From NCBI GenBank assembly GCA_050613775.1, contig JBODTK010000116.1, positions 124,001-188,000 of the forward strand: a stretch of 64,000 nt of DNA, given 5' to 3'. The notes under the pieces are model-generated. The model worked only from the letters and a program-made list of their open reading frames with translations, ran no database searches and was not told the origin of the DNA. Made by a program: the position numbers and the translations under genes. This DNA is from Neocallimastix sp. 'constans' (Eukaryota). This document shows positions 56,916 to 64,000 of this stretch, one piece after another. The number at the start of each line of letters is the position of its first letter. The first letter of the stretch is position 1.

Positions 56916-57234
56916 AATTGTAAACTTTTACTGGGATAGAGATAGGACAGGAAAATCTATTAAGGATAAAAGTTTATAAGAAAAAATGAATTTGAGAAAA
57001 CTAGACTAGATACTACCTAAGACTCAACTTTAAATATCCCCGAATATAACATTGGCTTTCGATGAGTACTTCGTGCCAGATGTAGACATAAATTTCGATG
57101 CTTGTGTTGCCAAAGCCTCTAATATAGTTGAAGATGACTGTCCAGAACGCTGTCCTTGCTATTATAAAGAAAAAAGTAATCCTCAATCGGAATATTGGTT
57201 CGTTGCACATGGACTTTTATTTGAATATATTTGA
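56915..57234 (+). mobile_element. Probable decayed 3' end of a non-LTR (LINE) ORF2 (Cys-rich zinc-knuckle region)
   Basis: GC-richer island reading across frameshifts as IVNFYWDR...PEYNIGFR*VLRARC..KF/DACVAKASNIVEDDCPERCPCY...EYWF, consistent with a degenerate C-terminal CCHC domain. Confidence 0.45.
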
Positions 57235-57336
57235 ATTTATTGGCATTTTTTTTACTTTATTTTAAATATTACTTTTATTTCACATTACTATTTAAAAAAT
57301 TATTATATTCAAATTGGACCAATAAAATTTTTTTTA

Positions 57337-57393
<57 letters not shown>

Positions 57394-57805
57394 TAATCAT
57401 ATAATTAATAAATGAATAAATAAAGTTAAAGTTCTCAATAACTGTAGGTATAAAAAAAAAGTTTAGAACTCGTTCTTTGAGGGAACTACATATATAGCTA
57501 TGTACAATAAACGAACATTTCATTATTAGTTAATTTAATGTCTTTAAAGGATTTAATTATTTTTTATTATTTTTTCTTCTCCTTTTTACCTTTTAAATTT
57601 TTTTTTTTTATTAAACATTTATACAATTCTATTTTTGTTAGCTTTTGAAACTAATTTTACTCAATTACCTTAATAGATCAGATAAACTTTTTTTTTATTT
57701 ATTTTATTTGCTAACTTTAATTTAACATGGAAGAATTATTTGATATACTCAATACTAACTTTATTTTTGTATGTCTTTTATATATCTCTTTATATATATA
57801 TTTCA

Positions 57806-57845
<40 letters not shown>

Positions 57846-58149
57846 ATTTCATTTTCTTTTTTTTCAAATATATATATTTTTATTTTTTTTCATTATAATA
57901 TTTTATCTATATCTTGTCTTTGTTTATTAATACCACTACCTTCCTTGTTATCATTTTTATTTATTTTAATTCATTTTTTTTTTTAAGTTATGAGGTAATT
58001 TATACTTTATTTTCTTAGTGATAAAATTGACTATTTTATAAAAAAAAAAAAAAAAAAAAAAAGAATAAAAAAAAAAAGAATAAAAAAAAATTAAATTATT
58101 ATAAATTTTTATTTGTTTTTATGTTACAATTATTTCTCTTTGTTCCATT

Positions 58150-58940
58150 CACTATTTTCTGCTAATGCTTTGTTAATTTAATTCTTTCTAATATTTATTT
58201 TCCTATCTTTTTACTATTACAATCCAGAATATAAACATATTATTAAAGAATTCTAAGACAATTTTTAATATAATGTAACAACATCTTGTTATTAACTCTT
58301 CTCAATTATATTCAATGAATTTTAGACCCTTAATTATTCAATTATCACTAATTTAAAACAATCAATATGAACCTATAATAATATAATCAAATCTTTGATT
58401 GCTTACGCTAATTTAATAATATTGAAAAAAAAAAATTATTAAATGATATTCAACCATGATATCAAAGATTGGTCTGTAAAACAACTCTATAATGCAATTA
58501 ATTTAAACACTAAATAATTCAACCTGCTTTTTTCTATTAGTAAAAGATATTCACCTTTTCATGACTCTTATTTTGTTGTTACTTACACTAAAAGAACGAA
58601 AAGGTACATGTTATTGGGGTTCATTCTTATTCTTCCTGTTGTTTTTAGCCCGGAATCTCTCCTATATAAATATATTATCTCAGAATGCCTAAATTCTTTT
58701 CTGGTATTATATTTTTTCTCTAGAGAAGTTTAAAGAATCCTCGACTCTGTGCTTTTTCGGAACTTGAAAAATGGATTAATTATACTAATACAAAAATTCC
58801 TCCTGTTTTTTTAGTTAGTGACCTTTCATAAGAAATGGAATACTGATTTCATTATATTTATTTTAAAAAAACAAAAAAAAAAAAAAAAGGAGACCTTTCT
58901 TATTGTAATTACTATCATGGAATCTTATTAATAAATATTA
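58150..58940 (+). mobile_element. Decayed LINE reverse-transcriptase fragment
   Basis: 58830-58935 reads KWNTDFII...KK-GDLSYCNYYHGILLIN, matching the LINE RT motif W...IVPIPKKGDLSDCNNYRGISL. The upstream part is GC-enriched but heavily degraded, so the left boundary is approximate. Confidence 0.65.
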
Positions 58941-59446
58941 ATAATGAAGTTCTGAAAATTATTTAAAAAGTTTTGAACAATTTATATAAATTTTTATCTT
59001 TTTAAGAATTAAATTTAACTACATAGAGATTATAATCTTAAGGCTAATTTTTAAGAATGTCAGTAAGTATTTCATCACCAATTAGAAATTAAATAAATAA
59101 TATATAAAAAATAATTAAGAAATAAGTATTAGTATTTAGTTAATTTTAATATTCAATAGAATTATTAGTTAATAATTTTATTAATATATATAAATTAAAT
59201 AACATTAATATATGTATAATACATTTATGAATGAAAATTTTAAATGTATTGAATTATAGGATATAGAATATATTATCTATTATAATTTTATTTGTTAGAT
59301 TTTCAAACTAAAATTCCTTTCATCAAAATTACAAAATAAATTTTTCGTACGAATTTTATATTATAAAATTTTATTTGATGTTAATTAAACCAAACATTAA
59401 ATAAAATTAAATTAATCCTTTTTGTGATAAAAAAGAGGTCTATATA

Positions 59447-59479
<33 letters not shown>

Positions 59480-60434
59480 ATTAATACTAATATAGTGATA
59501 CGATACTTATAAATAATATAGAAATAACAATAAAAATAATTTATAATAATAGATAAATAATTTAATATATATAAATAAATGATAATAAGTATTAATAAAA
59601 TTAAATAAGATAAATTGACCAATAGAATAGAGTTAAAAGAAATATTGAAGTATAAAATGAAGAAAATAAATAATAAATTAGGAAAGGAGTTAGAGAGCTA
59701 ACTGGGAAATATTATTAAGGAGAGAAAACTTAATATTAGTATAATTATAGTTATAAAATAAATAATTAGCTATTTAGAGGAATTAACTAATATAAATTTT
59801 AATAGAATTAATATGTATTATTATATTTAAAATAATAAAATATATTGACTAAGATTTAAATATATAATAAAAATAAAAGATTAAAATACGACAAACGTAT
59901 TATTATCACTGTGTATTATTTATTTTATTAGTGTGTGTTTATTATTATATTCTTCTATAAGAATATATTATTTTATAATTAAATAACTTGCTCAACCGAA
60001 TATTGATACTTTTAACAAACTCGTATCAATAGTGATAATTAAAAAAAAAATATTATATTAAAAAATTATTTTATATAAAAAGAAAAAATAGAATTTTTAG
60101 ATAGGATTAAAAAAAAAAATTTTATAATAAAAAAAAAGTTTTATAATTTGTAAATATAATGAAGGTAATGAAGGGAAGTTATAAAAAAAAAAAGTGTATT
60201 TTTAATATATAAAAAAATAAAACAAAAGAAAAATTTTATTTTGGGTAATTAAATTTTATATTAAATAAAGTTTTCAATAAAAAAAAATCTTTTGTACATT
60301 ATTGAATACTAATAGTTGGGCTTATCTAAAATAATTATTAGATATAATGTGTAATGTATTATTTAAAAAAAAAAAAAATTTACATTTATTTATCCATACT
60401 TTGATTTATTACGTTTAATTAAATAATTTTTATT

Positions 60435-60471
<37 letters not shown>

Positions 60472-60657
60472 AAACACTTTTTTTAAATTATATTATTTAA
60501 AAAAAAATTTTTTTCAATTTGAAGTATTATTCTTTTTATACAAGACGTATTTGTATCATAACTTTTTAATATAATAAAAGTTTTGTTTTATATATATATA
60601 TAATCATATTATTATTTTTTTTTTATTTAATTAATGTTCAGTAACTAATGAATGAGA

Positions 60658-60783
60658 AAAATATAAAATATAAAATATAAAATATAAAATATTGAATATA
60701 AAATATAAAATATAAAATATTGAATATAAAATATTGAATATAAAATATTGAATATAAAATATTAAATATAAAATATAGAATAA
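60658..60783. repeat. Low-complexity 7/16-bp satellite (aatataa / aatataaaatattg)
   Basis: Direct reading. Confidence 0.85.
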
Positions 60784-61727
60784 AATCGAATGTACATATA
60801 TAACATTTTACATTATTTTTTTTAATAAAAACATATTGCATTTGTTTAAAATAATTATTTTTATATAAATGAATAAATAAACATTAATATTTTTTAATAT
60901 AAGAATAATAATATTAATAATAAAAATTTATAAATTCAAAGTATATTTTCACAATAAATGATTTACTATTACCTTAATTTTCTTTAGTTTTAATTATTTT
61001 GAATAACAATAATATCATGGAAAAATAATAATAATAATAATAATAATAATATTAATAATAATAAAAAAAGCAATGGTAATAAATAATTATAATAATAATA
61101 ATAATAATAATAAATAATTATAATTAATTAATAACAAATTAATAATATATTATTTATTAAGATGTTATACTAAAGTTGCCTAACTTGTAAGGAAGGAGCA
61201 TTGTTCATCTTTTAATTATAGCAATAGTTTGGAAATAATTTTTATTTATTTATTCTGTAATTAACTTCATTAAAAGGAAGAATAATTTTTATAAATAATT
61301 TCACTAAATTATTTAATATGTAAAGAAGTTATATATTAAATAATATTTAACGAAAAATGTTTACTATTTAGTTTATTAATAAAACTTCATTATATTTGAC
61401 TAATTTACTTCTTCCCCTTCTAAAAGTCATCTTCTCTAAAATTATTTACATTTTTTTTTATGTATTATTCTTCTTAAGGTTAATATGGTAATAATATAAT
61501 ATAATAAAACTATTAAAATGATAAAATATAAAATTTATAAATAATTATATTAATTTAGAATAAAAATATCAAATTTTAATATAACTTTATAAATTCTAAT
61601 ACATTAATTATTTATATTCATATACAATTTCCTTTTTTTACACTTTCAATACTTTAATAATTTTAAATATTTCTTTATTAACAGTAATAATGAATAAAAT
61701 ATATTAAAGAAAAAAAGCCTTTTCATA

Positions 61728-61760
<33 letters not shown>

Positions 61761-61947
61761 ATTGGTTAAATATAGGAATAATTAATTATTGATAATGAAA
61801 GTTCTGTAAAGAATTTTTATATATTAATTTTTTTTAACAACAGCCATGATCCATGGATTAAGTTCATTTTTTTTTTATTTTTAAATTAATTTAATTAATC
61901 TTAAATACAAATATATTTTATTATTCATATTATATTTAAATAAATAT

Positions 61948-62100
61948 TATATATACTCTCAATATTTCTAATATATTGAGAGTATATATACTCTATTTAT
62001 AAGTAATAGCTATTATTTATACTTTATATTATTCAATATAAAGAAATCTTTAAATAGACTATAAGTATAAATTATAGCTATTACTTTTAAATAGAGTATA
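61948..62100. repeat. Compound fold-back: overlapping 18-bp and 38-bp inverted repeats
   Basis: 61948-61965 pairs perfectly with 61973-61990; 61987-62024 pairs with 62063-62100 with 2 mismatches. Confidence 0.85.
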
Positions 62101-62113
62101 ATAATAAAACTTT

Positions 62114-62148
<35 letters not shown>

Positions 62149-63268
62149 GAATTAAATGATTAATTATAAATTTATTTTTCAATTAATTTATTAGTTTTTA
62201 TTTAAAAAATTTATTATTTTTCAACTTTATATATTATTTTTCGTTGTATAACATATTTTTTAAATTATACTACTTATTTTGTTAAGTTCATTCATTTTAT
62301 TTTTATTCATATTTTTATTATTTTATTATTGGTCAGCAATATTTAGAGTGATAAAAATTTAAATATAAATAAAATAGAGACTATTAATTTTCATAATTAA
62401 TTATTTAATAAATATTATAATGTTTAAAAGAAAGAATATATACTTTTTCAAATTTTTTTTATTATTAAATACTATTTATTATATTTAAAAAAAAAAAAAA
62501 ATTTAATACTTTTTTAATCCTTTAATGTATAATGAGATAAACCTGTAATATAGATATGTTGTTTATTTAATTATACACGTTCAAGAAATTTAATAAACCA
62601 TAAAACATTATTAAATAAAATTATTCCATTAATTAAAGGAAAGTTCATTTGTATTTATGGGTGTAAAAGAAGTTTACTTTCAATAGAAAGAAGAAAAGAA
62701 GAAAAGAAGAAATAAAATTCTTTTATTCTTTTTTTTTTATTTTAATTTAAATCTAATTTTTTTTTTTTTTTTTAATATACGTATAATAATAAGGTTAATA
62801 AGGCAATACTAATTTAAATTAAAATTTAATATATTTCTATATGTTAAATATTTAGAAAAATATTTTTTTTAAATATATTAATTATTATATTATTAAATTG
62901 ATGTGTTTAGATAATAAAATATAGTTTACATTCAATTTAACAATATATATTAGAATATATTTGTAAAAAATATAAAGAATATAAATATATATATTGTATA
63001 TATTTATATTCAAAAACACATATATATTAGAATATATTAATATAAACGAAATAGATATGTATAAATTATAAATTTAATTTAATATTGTAGTAATATTAAT
63101 ATAAATAATTATAGTAATATAAATGTTTATTCATATTTATATATAAATATTCTTTTTTTCTTTTTTTTTTTTTTATAGTATTTTTATTTTAATTTCTCTA
63201 TTTTAATTTCATTTTTTATAATTATTTTTATACATTGATACACTTAATTATTTAATAACAATTATATA

Positions 63269-64000
63269 ATGATATTGAATATAAAATTATTATTGAGTTT
63301 ATTACTATTTATTTCTGTTGTATATTCGAAAATTTCTCCTTTCGAATATAATGAAATTTCTGAAGATGAAGATGAAAATATTGAAAGTGATTGTTTAGAT
63401 ATTAAAAGTATTTCAGAGGATATAAGATGTTATAAAAATGACAAAGGAGAAGTTGCCAAAATGTTAATATTTATTATTAAATACAATAAAAAAATTTATA
63501 ATAAAGAGAAAAGTTAATATTAAAACTTTTGTTTCATTATTTCTTTATAAATAGAGAAGTTAGACCCGAATCATTCGATGAGAAATTATTAAATTATAAA
63601 ACAATTACAAATATGTATGTATATTTAAAAATTTTTTTTTTTTTTTTTTAATAAATTTGTATTTTTATTATTATTATTATCATTGTAATTTATTATTATT
63701 AATTAATTAATAATGTTTATTTATTATTATGAATTTTTTGTATAGTACTTATACTATTGATATTGAATTGGATTATGAAAAGAGTAAAGAAAAAATATAT
63801 AATGAATTTCCTGAATCTCTTCTTAAATTTTCAAATTTGAAATATTTGTAAATATTATATATTTTATAAATTTTTTACAATGTCATGTATTATTAATTTT
63901 TTTATATTATTTTTATTTTTTATAATTTTTTCTTCTTTTTTTTCTTCATTTTAGAGCTCTTAATTATCATGGATATGAAGAATTTCATACACATAATATC
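63269..64000 (+). CDS. Secreted or surface leucine-rich-repeat protein, 5' part only (runs off window)
   Basis: Signal peptide MILNIKLLLSLLLFISVVYS. Exons 63269-63462, 63555-63614, 63746-63847 and 63955->64000, all phase-2 introns. Cys cap (SDC...RCYKNDKGEV) and LRR-like FPESLLKFSNLKYLALNY. Confidence 0.75.

Noticed and set aside
59440..61460. Short ORFs and slightly GC-richer patches
   Set aside because: No recognisable motifs or consistent splice pattern; probably heavily decayed remnants or noise.

Overview
Extremely AT-rich eukaryotic DNA with short GT-AG introns, long homopolymers and microsatellites. Composition and gene content (CotH kinase, subtilase-CBM18, beta-helix/EGF class C GPCR, expanded ankyrin proteins) point to an anaerobic gut fungus (Neocallimastigomycota); this assignment is an inference. 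From left to right the window holds: a 5'-truncated class C-type GPCR gene of at least 22 exons; a tRNA-derived structured GC island; a decayed Ty3/Gypsy pol; a 2-exon orphan 7TM gene; a tandem array of bacterial-type intronless DUF1963/YwqG genes (2 intact, 2 pseudogenes, plus the orphan upstream block of a lost copy); a 4-exon secreted CotH kinase with a Lys/Val-rich tail; a 2218-aa intronless ankyrin protein ending in (EN)66; four near-identical tandem genes for an acidic single-pass surface protein with an Ala/Gly-rich membrane anchor, plus a probable decayed fifth copy; a subtilase with 2 CBM18 modules preceded by a TACAGAAA motif cluster; LINE remnants; and the 5' end of a secreted LRR gene. 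The best candidates for undescribed biology are the acidic surface-protein array, the DUF1963 array, the tRNA-headed element and two recurring non-coding motifs. All exon models and alignments were made by eye; no searches were run.
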